A DNA stretch of 64,000 nucleotides from Eledone cirrhosa (GCA_964016885.1 OZ024756.1:15500001-15564000); one strand, 5' to 3'; shown: positions 28,514 through 42,384, numbered from the stretch's first letter. Notes: a model not told the origin generated them from the sequence alone. Numbers and translations: made by a program.

Positions 28514-28676
28514 CTAATATATCTGTGACAGTTCCATCATTGTCTTGACTGGGAATTGAACCTAGGACTGGTAGAGGTGGTGGTGGTGGTGGAGGTGGTG
28601 GTACATGTGGTGGTGGTGGTGGTGGTGGTGGTGGTGGTACAGGTGGTGGTGGTGGAGTTACTGGCTGTAAATGGTC
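28514..28676 (-). CDS. PROSER3: PROSER3-like exon (DHLQPVTPPPPP...SIPSQDNDGTVTDIL)
   Basis: attttcag acceptor, gtaaga donor; 163 nt, phase 0 to 1; polyproline. Confidence 0.7.
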
Positions 28677-28699
28677 CTGAAAATATTTCATTAATAAAG

Positions 28700-29380
28700 A
28701 AAGTAAGGATTGCTGGTGGTGGCAGTGAGGTGGGGGGGGGGGGGGGGTGGCAGTTGTGTGTGGTGGTGGTGGTGAATGTGGTGGTGGTGGTGGTGGTGGT
28801 GTTGGTGGTGGCAATGGTGTATGTGGTGGTGGTAGTGGTGCTGGTGAATGTAGTGGTGGTGGTCAATGTGGTGGTGGTGGTAGTGGTGCTGGTGGTGGCA
28901 ATGGTGTATGTGGTGGTGGTGGTGGTGGCAGTGGAGTGGGGGGTGCATGAGGTGATGGCAGTTGTGTGTGTGGTGGTGGTGGTGGTGGTAGTGGTGGTGG
29001 TGAATGTGGTGGTCATGGTGGTGGTGGTGGTGGTGCTGGTGGTGGCAATGGTGTATGTGGTGGTGGTAGTGGTGGTGGTGGTGGCAGTTGAGTGGGGGGG
29101 GCGCATGTGGTGATGGCAGTTGTGTGTGTGGTGGTGGTGGTGGTGGTGGTGGTGGTGGTGGTGGTGGTGGCAATGGTGTATGTGGTGGTGGTGGTAATGG
29201 TGTATGAGGTGGTGGTGGTGCTGGTGGTGGCAATGGTGTATGTGGTGGTGGCAATGGTGTATGTGATGGTGGTGGTGGTGGTGGTGGGGATGCTGGTGGC
29301 AATGGTGTATGTGATGGTGGTGGTGATGATGCTGGTTATGTCATGGTGTGTGTGGTAGTGGTGGTGGTGGTAGTGGTTGT
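28700..29380. repeat. (GGT)n-rich low-complexity tract
   Basis: Directly visible. Confidence 0.9.
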
Positions 29381-29435
29381 ACTCATAAGCTTTATACTCA
29401 TAATGGGGAGGTTTTGTAGGGCAATGTTTTTACAG

Positions 29436-31444
29436 CCAGATATACACAGGGATACAGTGTACCTATTGTAAACCAGATATACACAGGGATACAGTGTACC
29501 TATTGTAAACCTGATATACACAGGGATACAGTGTACCTATTGTAAACCAGCTATATACACAGGGATATAGTGTACCTATTGTAAACCAGATATACACAGG
29601 GATACAGTGTACCTATTGTAAACCTGATATATACACAGGGATACAGTGTACCTATTGTAAACCAAATATAGACAGGTATACAGTGTACTTATTATATACC
29701 AGATACATACAGGGATACAGTGTACCTATTGTAAACCAGATATACACAGGGATACAGTGTACCTATTGTAAACCAGACGCACACAGGGATACAGTGTACC
29801 TATTGTAAACCAGATATACACAGGTATACAGTGTACCTATTGTAAACCAGATATATACAGGTATAGTGTACCTATTGTAAACCAGATATACACAGGGATA
29901 TGGTGTACCTATTGTAAACCAGATACACAAAGGGATATGGTGTACCTATTGTAAACCAGATATACACAGGGATACAGTGTACCTATTGTAAACCAGATAT
30001 ATACAGGGATACAGTGTACCTATTGTAAACCAGCTATATACACAGGGATATAGTGTACCTATTGTAAACCAGATATACACAGGGATACAGTGTACCTATT
30101 GTAAACCAGCTATATACACAGGGATATAGTGTACCTATTGTAAACCAGATATACACAGGGATACAGTGTACCTATTGTAAACCAGCTATATACACAGGGA
30201 TACAGTGTACCTATTGTAAACCAGATACATACAGGGATACAGTGTACCTATTGTAAACCAGATACATACAGGGATACAGTGTACCTATTGTAAACCAGCT
30301 ATATACACAGGGATACAGTGTACCTATTGTAAACCAGATACATACAGGGATACAGTGTACCTATTGTAAACCAGATACATACAGGGATACAGTGTACCTA
30401 TTGTAAACCAGCTATATACACAGGGATATAGTGTACCTATTGTAAACCAGATATACACAGGGATACAGTGTACCTATTGTAAACCAGCTATATACACAGG
30501 GATACAGTGTACCTATTGTAAACCAGATACATACAGGGATACAGTGTACCTATTGTAAACCAGATACATACAGGGATACAGTGTACCTATTGTAAACCAG
30601 ATATACACAGGGATACAGTGTACCTATTGTAAACCAGACGCACACAGGGATACAGTGTACCTATTGTAAACCAGATATACACAGGGATACAGTGTACCTA
30701 TTGTAAACCAGATATATACAGGGATACAGTGTACCTATTGTAAACCAGATACATACAGTGATACAGTGTACCTATTGTAAACCAGATATACACAGGGATA
30801 CAGTGTACCTATTGTAAACCAGATATATACAGGTATAAAGTGTACTTATTGTAAACCAGATATATACACAGGGATACAGTGTACCTATTGTAAACCAGAT
30901 ACATACAGGGATACAGTGTACCTATTGTAAACCAGATACATACAGGGATACAGTGTACCTATTGTAAACCAGATATACACAGGGATACAGTGTACCTATT
31001 GTAAACCAGATATACACAGGGATACAGTGTTTCTATTGCAAACCAGATATATACAGGGATACAGTGTACCTATTGTAAACCAAATATAGACAGGTATACA
31101 GTGTACTTATTGTAAACCAGATACATAGAGGGATACAGTGTACCTATTGTAAACCAGATACATACAGGGATACAGTGTACCTATTGTAAACCAGATATAC
31201 ACAGGGATACAGTGTACCTATTGTAAACCAGATATACACAGGGATACAGTGTACCTATTGTAAACCAGATATACACAGGTATACAGTGTACCTATTGTAA
31301 ACCAGATACATACAGGGATACAGTGTACCTATTGTAAACCAGATATACACAGGGATACAGTGTACCTATTGTAAACCAGATACACACAGGGATACAGTGT
31401 ACCTATTGTAAACCAGATATATACAGGGATACAGTGTACCTATT
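29436..31444. repeat. 37-bp minisatellite (with 39-bp variants), ~54 copies
   Basis: Unit ccagatatacacagggatacagtgtacctattgtaaa. Confidence 0.96.
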
Positions 31445-31967
31445 CTACACAGCAGGATACATAAGGGCAAAATATTGGGGAAAATAGCCTTAAAATGTTT
31501 GTTGTTGTTAGAGATATCATTTTCTTGTGACCTCACAGGAAATCCAGCTGACCCCTACAGAAACAAGACAGCTCGATTTCAGCTGAAAATCAGAGAAAAA
31601 TAATATCTCTCCACATTATACCTCCTCATAGGCAGCCGTGATTAAATCACGCCCCCCCTCCCCGTATTTATGGCTTAATTATAAAACTTTATGAGAAAGG
31701 GAATAATTTAGATTTCAACATTTTTTTTGTTGTCTTGTTTTCTTTTATTTCTATTTCTATATTTTTCCTTTTTTTTTCTCAAATTAAAATTATGTTTGAC
31801 AAGTTACATGTTTGTTATTTATTTACACCCCACCAGCAGTAATTATCCCCCCTCCGCCTCCTGGCCCCCACACCCCCACATGTTGTCTGGGTTCAGAAAT
31901 AATGTCTGTACACAAAATTTGCACACCAGTCATTATAAAATACTCTCCCCACCTCTCTCTCCCCCCC

Positions 31968-32012
<45 letters not shown>

Positions 32013-32180
32013 TTTTTAAAATCCAAATTCAATAAACAGACCAGGATTTTTTTCCTTCTGATGATTGAAAGAAAAATTTTTTGCTTTTAAGAAACCACTG
32101 GTAAATGGAATAATTGCCTTATGTTGTTTATTACATAACTATATATATATATATATATATAAATATAGTTTGCCTGTATT

Positions 32181-33303
32181 CATCATCATCATCATCATCA
32201 TCAGCGTTTAACGTCCGTGTTCCACGCTTGCATGGGTTTGGACGGGGGTAGTCCCACTTGAGGCAAGAGTGATTGTCTTGCTCGCATAGGACTGTCTGGC
32301 AGGTTTTCTACAGTTGGATGCCCTTCCTAACACCAACCACATTTACAGTGTGGGTCTGGGAGGTTTTTACCGTGTTGCCTACACGGCCACATTACAGCGT
32401 GGACTGTGTGTTTTTTTGTCGTGACACCTACACGATCTCATTTGTTTCGGCCTCGATGGCGCGGCACCAACATAACTTTACATAGAACGGGGGGGTGTGG
32501 ATCGGGTGGGGGTGGTGGGACGGGGTGTATTTGTTAGAGATGCCTACTGGCTGGAGTAGGTTTTACTATATATTTAGGTAAGGCGGGTCTTCTCTGTTAC
32601 TGAGTACCGCCAAAGGTCTCGGTCCAGTGACATTGTCTTGGAGAGGTGTAAGTGTGTGATGTCGGAGTTTATCAGCTCGTCCCAGGTTTTTCTAGGTCTG
32701 CCTATTCCGTGACTACCGTCTATCTTTATTGCCCTGCACTTTGTTATACAGCTATCGACTTTCATGCGCATCACGTGTCCATACCAACGTAGCCTTCTCT
32801 CGAGTAAACAACATCTGATCCCTCTTATCTCTAATTTATTCCTTAGTTCGTTTATGCTTTGCCGTTCACGTATATTACTGTTACACATCCAGCGGAGCAT
32901 GCAAGCTTCGTTCCTCTCTAGTCTGCGTATATCCTCTGCACACAATGCCCAGGTCTCACTGCCATGCAGCATTGCTGTTCGTATGCAGGCATCGTACAAC
33001 CTGCCTTTCATTTTTAGTGAGAACCCTTTAGCAGCTAATAGTGGTATAAGCTCTCTGAACTTTTTCCAACCAGTTCTGACTCTAGCTACAGTACTTTCAG
33101 AGCACCCTCCCCCACTGCTGATTTTATCGCCCAGGTAACGGAAGCTGTCCACTATTTCTATAGAACCCTCTGCGCAATTGAAAGAGCTAGTAGTTTGTGG
33201 GCACTTGCTGCTACTTATTGCACCAGAGCACCGGCCACATGTAAAATCTATGTTCTTAGTTAGCCTACCTGTGATCCCACTACATCTTTTATGCACTGAT
33301 TTT
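32181..33303 (-). mobile_element. RTE family A LINE, 5'-truncated, with ~390-nt 3' UTR and (GAT)n tail
   Basis: FRYLGD, ARVRTGWKKFREL, MLHGSETW, RRLRWYGHVMR, GRPRKTW. The ORF stop at 32574 runs straight into the UTR. Short tgtatt duplication at both ends. Confidence 0.9.
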
Positions 33304-33762
33304 ATGTATTGATTTAAAATAATAAATCAATAAATACAAACTCATATTGGCAAATTTTTTAGAGGTGAAGTATTCTAATTTTTCTGGGTACCTGTTGATA
33401 AGCACAGAAAATTTGAATATTTCACTTTTTATACTATCGTTGCAAAACTTGTTTGGATTTTGAAATTCGGATTTATCTGCAGAAAAGGTTTGGATTTTGA
33501 AATTTAAATTTGTCCAGGTACCACGGCTATTTGCCAATATGAGTTTGTGTTTATTGATTTATTATTTTAAATCGATACAGGCAAACTATATTTATTTGAA
33601 TTAGTTTATTTCATTCTAGCTAACTTCGTCTTTTACAATACAAACACTTACGTGTTTATCATATATTAATTTATATTAACTTGTATTTCACGGCTCAGAA
33701 ATGCTTCTTTCTTTGAGCTAATTAATTGTAAATGACTGTTTGAGTTTAAAACTCTAAATATA

Positions 33763-33801
<39 letters not shown>

Positions 33802-33862
33802 GTAGAACACTGGAAGGTAATATCCGTAGTGGTAGAGCACTCAGTCCATGGGACGAGTTAGG

Positions 33863-33996
33863 TAGAAGTGGTTACACCACAACAGTTAGTTCACCATACC
33901 GAGAACAATTGTTTCAACTTAGCGAATACGAGCTGGGGATCCGCTAAGGTGAAACAATTGTTCTCGCTATGGTGAACTAACTGTTGTGTAACCACT

Positions 33997-34000
<4 letters not shown>
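33863..34000. repeat. Fold-back inverted repeat (~63-bp arms) between (TA)n arrays
   Basis: tagaagtggttacac...cttagcg / cgctaag...gtgtaaccacttcta. The right arm contains GAAAC-AATT-GTT. Confidence 0.9.
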
Positions 34001-34034
<34 letters not shown>

Positions 34035-34165
34035 GAGGTTATATTTAATTTGTTGGGATTCAACAAGCTTAAAAAATTTTATAACTGATATAAAGCACTC
34101 AATAAGTTAGTGGAGTAAATACACAATATATTAATAAATGGAAACTATATTTATAAAACCATATT

Positions 34166-34231
34166 TATTTTATTATACATATTTCAAGGGCAACCAAGGC
34201 AAATTATGGTGCGCTTTCATCAGATAAAATA
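34166..34231 (-). ncRNA. Minimal type I hammerhead ribozyme
   Basis: TATTTTAT-CTGATGA-AAGcGCACC...GGTTGCcCTT-GAAATATGTATA^ATAAAATA. Confidence 0.7.
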
Positions 34232-34324
34232 CAGATTTGTTTTATAAATAAATATTGACATACCCGGAAAAAAAGACAACCTTAAATATCCAGGAAGCTC
34301 CAACCGTTAAGGTTGTCTTTTTTT

Positions 34325-35027
34325 CACATTACTCTATATATACTATTACATTTTCATGGTAAAGGCTTTACCTCACATAATATCTCACATAACATTTACA
34401 TTACTCTATATATACTATTACATTTTCATGGTAAAGGCTTTACCTCACATAATATCTCACATAATATTCACATTACTCTATATATACTATTATATTTTCA
34501 TGGTAAAGGCTTTACCTCACATAATATCTCACATAACATTCACATTACTCTATATATACTATTATATTTTCATGGTAAAGGCTTTACCTCACATAAATAT
34601 CTCACATAACATTCACATTACTCTATATATACTATTATATTTTCATGGTAAAGGCTTTACCTCACATAATATCTCATAACATTTACATTACTCTATATAT
34701 ACTATTGTATTTTCATGGTAAAGGCTTTACCTCACATAATATCTCACATAACATTTACATTACTCTATATATACTATTATATTTTCATGGTAAAGGCTTT
34801 ACCTCACATAATATCTCATAACATTTACATTACTCTATATATACTATTGTATTTTCATGGTAAAGGCTTTACCTCACATAAATATCTCACATAATATCGA
34901 ATCTATGAGATTTTGAAAGTATTTATTTTGAGAACAATACCTTAACATCAGTTTTAGTGACCAGTTACAGCCAGTTTCAACAGAAAAAGGTAGAGAATTC
35001 TGGCCGGTTTGAACATTAAAGGGTTAA
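34325..35027 (+). mobile_element. piggyBac-type MITE with a ~72-bp internal segment amplified ~8x (34325-34895)
   Basis: Same sequence as the MITEs at 45509-45798 and 59268-59472; ends aaagggTTAA. Confidence 0.8.
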
Positions 35028-35164
35028 ATCACCCCAGTGCCTTACTGGTACTTTATTTTATTAACCCCAAAAGGCAAAGCTAACCTCGACAGGATTTGAA
35101 CTCAGAATGTAAAGGATCATAACTCTATACCATGTTGTCCGATTCTGGCAATCCACCGTGATGG

Positions 35165-35199
<35 letters not shown>

Positions 35200-36015
35200 G
35201 TGATGATGATAATGATAGTAATTGTTTCTACTATAGGCACAAGGCCAGCAATTTGAAAGGGAGGGGAATATCGATTAAATCAACCCCAGTGCATTACTGG
35301 TACTTTATTTTATCGACCCCGTAAGGATGAAAGGCAAAGTTAACCCCAGCGAAATTTGAACTCAGAATGTAAAGGGCCGTAACTCTCTGCTGTGAAGCAG
35401 GTTGTCCAACACTCTACTGATACTGCCAATCCACTGCCTAATAATAATAATAATAATAATAATTGTTTCTACTTTTGGCACAAGGCCAGCAATTACCCCA
35501 GTGCATTACTGGTACTTTATTTTATCAAGCCCGTAAGGATGAAAGGCAAAGTTAACCTCAGTAGGATTTGAACTAAGACCGTAAAGGGGTATAACTCTCT
35601 GCTGCAAATTAAGCAATCATAATAAAATATTATTAATACATAATTAAGATGCAATTAGAAGGTCTTATGTTAATTAATCCTTGCATTAACATATTTCTAA
35701 TTAAAGACACTGCCTATAATTTTCAAATTATTTTGAAAATAATCAACAATTTAAAGGGATTTTTTAATATAACTAACTTTCTCATTATTAAGCTGGCATT
35801 TGTAACAACTTAACATAGGTTCTTACATTAAATAATTGTTTCTACTTTAGGCACAAGGCCAGCAATTACTCAGTACATTACTGGTACTTTATTTTATCGA
35901 CCCCGTAAGGATGAAAGGCAAAGTGAACCTCAGCGGGATTTGAACTCAGATCGTAAAGGGACGTAACTATGCTGGAAAGCATGGCGTCCGACCCTCTACC
36001 GATACTGCCAATCCA
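35028..36015 (-). mobile_element. Cluster of four SINE-A copies
   Basis: Copies at about 35028-35160, 35219-35440, 35460-35605 and 35835-36015; the last has TSD acattaaataat. Confidence 0.85.
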
Positions 36016-36139
36016 CATTAAATAATGAAGGAAAGTGTTTAGATAGCTATAAACACTTTACAATAGCCTTCGAAACAAGAATGGTTTCTAAGGAGTTGGT
36101 ATCAAAAGTGATAGGAAATAAACACACAGTAATATGTCA

Positions 36140-38460
36140 CAGGCAGTAGAGGTGTGACAGTAACCATGTCACAAACAGTAGATCTGTAACAGTGACCAGG
36201 TCACAAAGAGTAGACTGTGAGAGTGACCAAGTCACAAACAGTGGAGCTGTGACAGTGACCAGGTCACAAACAGTGGAGCTGTGACAGTGACCAGGTCACA
36301 AACAATAGACTATGAGAGTGACCAGGTCACAAACAGTGGAGCTGAGACAATGACCATGTCACAAACTGTAAACTCTGAGAGTGACCATGTCACAAACAGT
36401 AAACTGTGAGAGTGACCAGGTCACAAACAGTAGACTGTGAGAGTGACCATGTCACAAACAGTAGACTGTGAGTGACCAGGTCACAAACAGTAGACTGTGA
36501 CAGTGACCATGTCACAAACAGTAGACTGTGAGAGTGACCATGTCACAAACAGTAGACTGTGAGAGTGACCAGGTCACAAACAGTAGACTGTGACAGTGAC
36601 CATGTCACAAACAGTAGACTGTGAGAGTGACCAGGTCACAAACAATAGACTGTGAGAGTGACCATGTCACAAACAGTAAACTGTGAGAGTGACCAGGTCA
36701 CAAACAGTAGACTGTGAGAGTGACCAGGTCACAAACAGTAGACTGTGAGAGTGACCATGTCACAAACAGTAGACTGTGAGAGTGACCAGGTCACAAACAG
36801 TAGACTATGAGAGTGACCAGGTCACAAACAGTAGACTATGAGAGTGACCAGGTCACAAACAGTAGACTGTGACAGTGACCATGTCACAAACAGTAGACTG
36901 TGAGAGTGACCATGTCACAAACAGTAAACTGTGAGAGTGACCAGGTCACAAACAGTAGACTGTGAGAGTGACCAGGTCACAAACAATAGACTGTGAGAGT
37001 GACCAGGTCACAAACAGTAGACTGTGAGAGTGACCAGGTCACAAACAATAGACTGTGAGAGTGACCAGGTCACAAACAGTAGACTGTGAGAGTGACCAGG
37101 TCACAAACAATAGACTGTGAGAGTGACCAGGTCACAAACAGTAGACTGTGAGAGTGACCAGGTCACAAACAATAGACTGTGAGAGTGACCAGGTCACAAA
37201 CAGTAGACTGTGAGAGTGACCATGTCACAAACAATAGACTGTGAGAGTGACCAGGTCACAAACAATAGACTGTGAGAGTGACCAGGTCACAAACAATAGA
37301 CTGTGAGAGTGACCAGGTCACAAACAATAGACTGTGAGAGTGACCAGGTCACAAACAATAGACTATGAGAGTGACCATGTCACAAACAATAGACTGTGAG
37401 AGTGACCATGTCACAAACAATAGACTGTGAGAGTGACCATGTCACAAACAATAGACTGTGAGAGTGACCTGGTCACAAACAATAGACTGTGAGAGTGACC
37501 ATGTCACAAACAATAGACTGTGAGAGTGACCAGGTCACAAACAATAGACTGTGAGAGTGACCATGTCACAAACAATAGACTGTGAGAGTGACCATGTCAC
37601 AAACAATAGACTGTGAGAGTGACCAGGTCACAAACAATAGACTATGAGAGTGACCAGGTCACAAACAATAGACTGTGAGAGTGACCATGTCACAAACAAT
37701 AGACTGTGAGAGTGACCATGTCACAAACAATAGACTGTGAGAGTGACCATGTCACAAACAATAGACTGTGAGAGTGACCATGTCACAAACAATAGACTGT
37801 GAGAGTGACCAGGTCACAAACAATAGACTGTGAGAGTGACCATGTCACAAACAATAGACTGTGAGAGTGACCATGTCACAAACAATAGACTGTGAGAGTG
37901 ACCATGTCACAAACAATAGACTGTGAGAGTGACCATGTCACAAACAATAGACTGTGAGAGTGACCAGGTCACAAACAATAGACTGTGAGAGTGACCAGGT
38001 CACAAACAATAGACTGTGAGAGTGACCATGTCACAAACAATAGACTGTGAGAGTGACCATGTCACAAACAATAGACTGTGAGAGTGACCAGGTCACAAAC
38101 AATAGACTGTGAGAGTGACCATGTCACAAACAATAGACTGTGAGAGTGACCATGTCACAAACAATAGACTGTGAGAGTGACCAGGTCACAAACAATAGAC
38201 TGTGAGAGTGACCAGGTCACAAACAATAGACTGTGAGAGTGACCAGATCAGCAGCAGTAAAACTGTGATAGTGACCAAGCCACAAACAGTGGAGCTGTAA
38301 CAGTGACCATGTCACAAACAATAGACTGTGAGAGTGACCATGTCACAAACAATAGACTGTGACAGTGACCAGATCAGCAGCAGTAAAACTGTGATAGTGA
38401 CCAAGCCACAAACAGTGGAGCTGTAACAGTGACCTGGTCACAAACAGTGACCAGGTTACA
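36140..38460. repeat. 31-bp minisatellite, ~75 copies
   Basis: Unit gtcacaaaca(a/g)tagactgtgagagtgacca(g/t). Confidence 0.96.
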
Positions 38461-38984
38461 TACAGTGGAGCTGTGAAAGTGACCTGGTCACTGTGGAGCT
38501 GTCTGTGACAGTGACCAAATCACAAACAGCTGTGTAACTTGATCGATGACCTTATCACAAACTGTGCAATGTTACAGTGCAACAATATCAGTAACCAGGT
38601 CACAAAAGGGCTGCAACATATATTTTGACACCAGGAAATATATGATAAATGTGAAAATATTTAAAGTGAATTTAACGGGAGGGTTTTTTTTTTTTTTTTC
38701 CTATTTAATGTTTTTTAAAATGTCTAAAACAACTCTTTGAGGATGTAATTGCTTTAGTTACAACACATACACACAGATCTAGTTCCTTGTGAAACCAGTA
38801 CAACTCTTGAAATATTGTATTCTACATAATTAAGATGTAATGAGAGAGTAATGACTAATTAAGAAGTTGAAATAATATATTATTGATTTATTAATTTTGG
38901 TACGACTAGAAGAAAAAAATTTAAAAAACCTAACCTCCAAATGGAACTAAAGTGTGGGATATTCTGCCTGCATCAAGTGTGATG

Positions 38985-40095
38985 AAGATGGTGGTGGTAG
39001 TGTTTTTTTTGGGGGGGGGGGGTAGTGCTGGAGGGGTAGTGTTGGGGGGTAGTGTGTGGTTGGGGGGGGGGGGGTAGTGTGGGGGGGTAGTGTTGGGGGG
39101 GGGTAGTGTTGTTGGTGGTGGTAGTATGGTAGTATTGGTGGTGTTGGTGGTGGTGGTAGTGTTGGGGGTGTTGGTGGTGGTGGTAGTAGTGTTGGGGGAG
39201 AGGGAGGGGGGTAGTGTCGGGGGTGGGGGGTAGTGTTAGGGTGCTGGTGGTGGGGGTGGGGGTGGTGTTGGGTAGTGGTGGTAGTGGTGGTAGTAGTGTT
39301 GGTGGTAGCGTTGGGGTGTTGGTGGTAGTAGTTTTAGGGTGCTGGTGGTGTTGGAGTGTTGGTGGTGGTGGTGGTAGTGTTGGTGGCGGTTGTGTTGGGG
39401 TGTTGGTGGTGGTGGTGTTGGGGTGTTGGTGGTAGTGGTGGTGGTGGTAGTAGTGTTGGTGGTAGTGTTGGGGTGTTGGTGGTGGTAGTGTTGGGGGGGT
39501 TTAGTGTTGGTGGTAGTGGTGTTGGTGGTGGTGTTGTTGGTGGTGGTGTTGGTGGTGGTGGTGTTGGTGGTGGTGGTGCTGGTGTTGTTGGTGGCGGTAG
39601 TGGTGGTATTGGTGATGATAGTGTTGTTGTTATTGGTGGTGGTGGTGGTGTTGGTGGTGATAGTGTTGTTGTTGTTGGTGGTGGTGGTGTTAGTGGTGAT
39701 AGTGTTTTTGGTGGTGGTGGTGATAGTGTTGTTGTTGTTGGTGGTGGTGGTGATAGTGTTGGTGGTGGTGGCGGTGGTGATAGTGTTGTTGTTGTTGGTG
39801 GTGGTGGTGATAGTGTTGGTGGTGGTGGTGGTGGTGGTGGTGGTGATAGTGTTGTTGTTGGTGGTGGTGGTGGTGGTGGTGGTGATAGCGTTGTTGTTGG
39901 TGGTAGTGGTGGTGGTGAGTGTTGTTGTTGATGTTGGTGGTGGTGGTGGTGGTAGTGGTGGTGGTGGTGATAGTGTTGTTGTTTTTGTTGGTGGTGGTGG
40001 TGGTGGTGGTGGTGGTGATAGTGTTGTTGTTGTTGGTGTTGGTAGTGATGATAATGCTTTTGATCATGTTTACAACCATGATGATGATGATTTGT
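38985..40095. repeat. (GGT/GTT)n G-rich low-complexity tract
   Basis: Directly visible. Confidence 0.9.
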
Positions 40096-41097
40096 AAAGA
40101 GAGAGAGAGAGAGAGATGGAAAGGGAGAAAGAAAGGGAGATAGGTGGGGAGAGAGGAAAGAGCAGCTAATAAACATCAATTGCAATCAACATTCTGAGGA
40201 GGAGAGAGATGGTAGCAGGAAGAGCAAGGTTGGTGTTGGTCAACAAAGTGGGGGAGGGTGCAGTTTAAATTTTAACAAACTATTCCGAGAAGTGGAAATG
40301 CAGGGAGAGGAAGGGGTTATAAAAGTAAAAACGTTTTTTTAAAGTTAAAAATTAATAAAGGGAAACCAAAATAAGAAAACAGAGATTAAGTGAAAATTGA
40401 TCCTGTAACACAAAGAATTGAATTTTATTCCAATGTTTTAATCCCACTTTTATGTTTAATGTTTTCATTTTCTTTTAAAATATCCCATATTTACTTTTTT
40501 TTCTGGGTCTTGTATCAAAACAGTTAGTGCTGAGTCTTAATGTAGAGTGATTAAAATATATTTACGAAATAACGAAGGGGAAAAGCCTGTTGTAGGCCCC
40601 TTAAAATTTTAGGTTGCCACATTGTTTTGTTTTTTTATTATTATTAGTGTATTTATGTGTAATTTCAATATTTATTTCATTTAGTTTCACTTGTGTATCC
40701 TGTTGAGAATACACTGTATCCCTGCATGAGGTAAGAAGCAACTAAAAGGGTCGGTGTCAGAAAGGGCATCCAACTGTAAAACATTGCCCTCTCAAGATGT
40801 CCCAACCAACTCACGCCAGCATGGAAAAGTTAACATAAAAACAATTATGATGATGATGATGATGATGATGATGATGGTGATACTGATGACAATGGTAGTG
40901 ATGATGATGCAAATGATGATGATAATGGTAGTGATGGTGATGGTAATGACAATGATCTAAATTTCATTGTATCCAGCTGTAGACTACTGCTTCAAAAAAG
41001 GCCTTGTCTGACCCATGCCAGAATGAGGAAAAAATAGGAAATAAAAATATTGGTGATATTATTGTGATATAAATACAAGAAATTTGGTGGTACTAAC

Positions 41098-42384
41098 TTT
41101 GTTGTTGATCTGTGCCGGTGACTGCAAAAATTCCTGCTGTGGTGCCACCAATATATTTGGAATGGTTCTGTCTGTAGAATCAATATTTTGCTCTTCTCTG
41201 AGATATTCTTTCTCTTTGTCAGCTGGAGGTTTATAAAGTCTATCTTGTGAGGTTTTCATCAGTTGGAAAGTACCAGTCAAATCCTCACTAGATCTATGTG
41301 AAGTCCCAGTGAAGTCCTCACCAGATCTATGTGAAGTCCTAGTGGAGCCCTCACCAGATCTATGTGAAGTCCTGGTGGAGTCCTCACCAGATCTATGTGA
41401 AGTCCTAGTGGAGTCTTCACCAGATCTATGTGAAGTCCTAGTGGAATCCTCACTAGATCTATGTGAAGTCCTAGTGGAGTCCTCACCAGATCTATGTGAA
41501 GTCCTAGTGGAGCCCTCACCAGATCTATGTGAAATCCCAGTGGAGTCCTCACCAGATCTATGTGAAGTCCTAGTGGAGTCCTCACCAGATCTATGTGAAG
41601 TCCTAGTGAAGTCCTCACCAGATCTATGTGAAGTCCTAGTGGAGTCCTCACCAGATCTATGTGAAGTCCTAGTGAAGTCCTCACCAGATCTATGTGAAGT
41701 CCTAGAAGAGTCCTCACCAGATCTATGTGAAGTCCTAGTGGAGTCCTCACCAGATCTATGTGAAGTCCTAGTGGAGCCCTCACCAGATCTATGTGAAGTC
41801 CTGGTGGAGTCCTCACCAGATCTATGTGAAGTCCTAGTGGAGTCCTCACCAGATCTATGTGAAGTCCTGGTGGAGTCCTCACCAGATCTATGTGAAGTCC
41901 TGGTGGAGTCCTCACCAGATCTATGTGAAGTCCTAGTGGAGTCCTCACCAGATCTATGTGAAGTCCTAGTCAAACCCATGCTAGCTCCATGTGGGGGCTT
42001 TCTGTTACATTTTCCTTTCTTCTTGTCTATTTTTGATGATGTCTTGCCATTTCTTGTGTCCATTTGTTGTCTCTGGTCAACAGTTGGGTTTACTGCTGGC
42101 CCCGGGGTAGGACAATGATGTGGTTTCTCGGCCACTAGATATTTCCGGTATTCTGTCTGTTCAAGAGTGATAGGCTTGTCCGAGTCCAAAGCCAGCACAG
42201 AGTTTGTGTTTTTTGGTGAGCAATACTTACAGGGTAGGATGTCGCACTGCAAGTGGACATGTGCTGGTACAGCTTGACTGCAGGAGCTACACTGCTGCAC
42301 ACAAGGACTTGCAATTGGAACAGTTTGAGGAGTTGTGACTTGGAGAAGATTTACATCAGGATATGTCTGGGCTTCAGCATTCAC
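41098..42384 (-). CDS. PROSER3: PROSER3-like large exon (429 codons) with ~21 copies of TRTSHRSGEDS
   Basis: gcttag acceptor at 42385-42386, gttagt donor at 41097; phase 0 to 0. Open on both sides of the repeat; contains PAHVHLQCDILPC. Confidence 0.75.
41285..41970. repeat. 33-bp coding minisatellite, ~21 copies
   Basis: Unit gtcctcaccagatctatgtgaagtcctagtgga. Confidence 0.95.

Noticed and set aside
31537-31582. Candidate extra exons (also 38935-38967)
   Set aside because: AG/GT-bounded, but their phases do not fit the 41098-to-28676 junction.
21801-38460. CRISPR-like look of the 28-, 37- and 31-bp arrays
   Set aside because: Units are head-to-tail with no unique spacers; there are no cas genes and the context is eukaryotic.
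41277-42118. Overlapping ORFs in other frames (LGLHIDLVRT, SSPDLCEVLV)
   Set aside because: By-products of a stop-free 33-bp unit; only one frame is open across both flanks and fits the splice phases.
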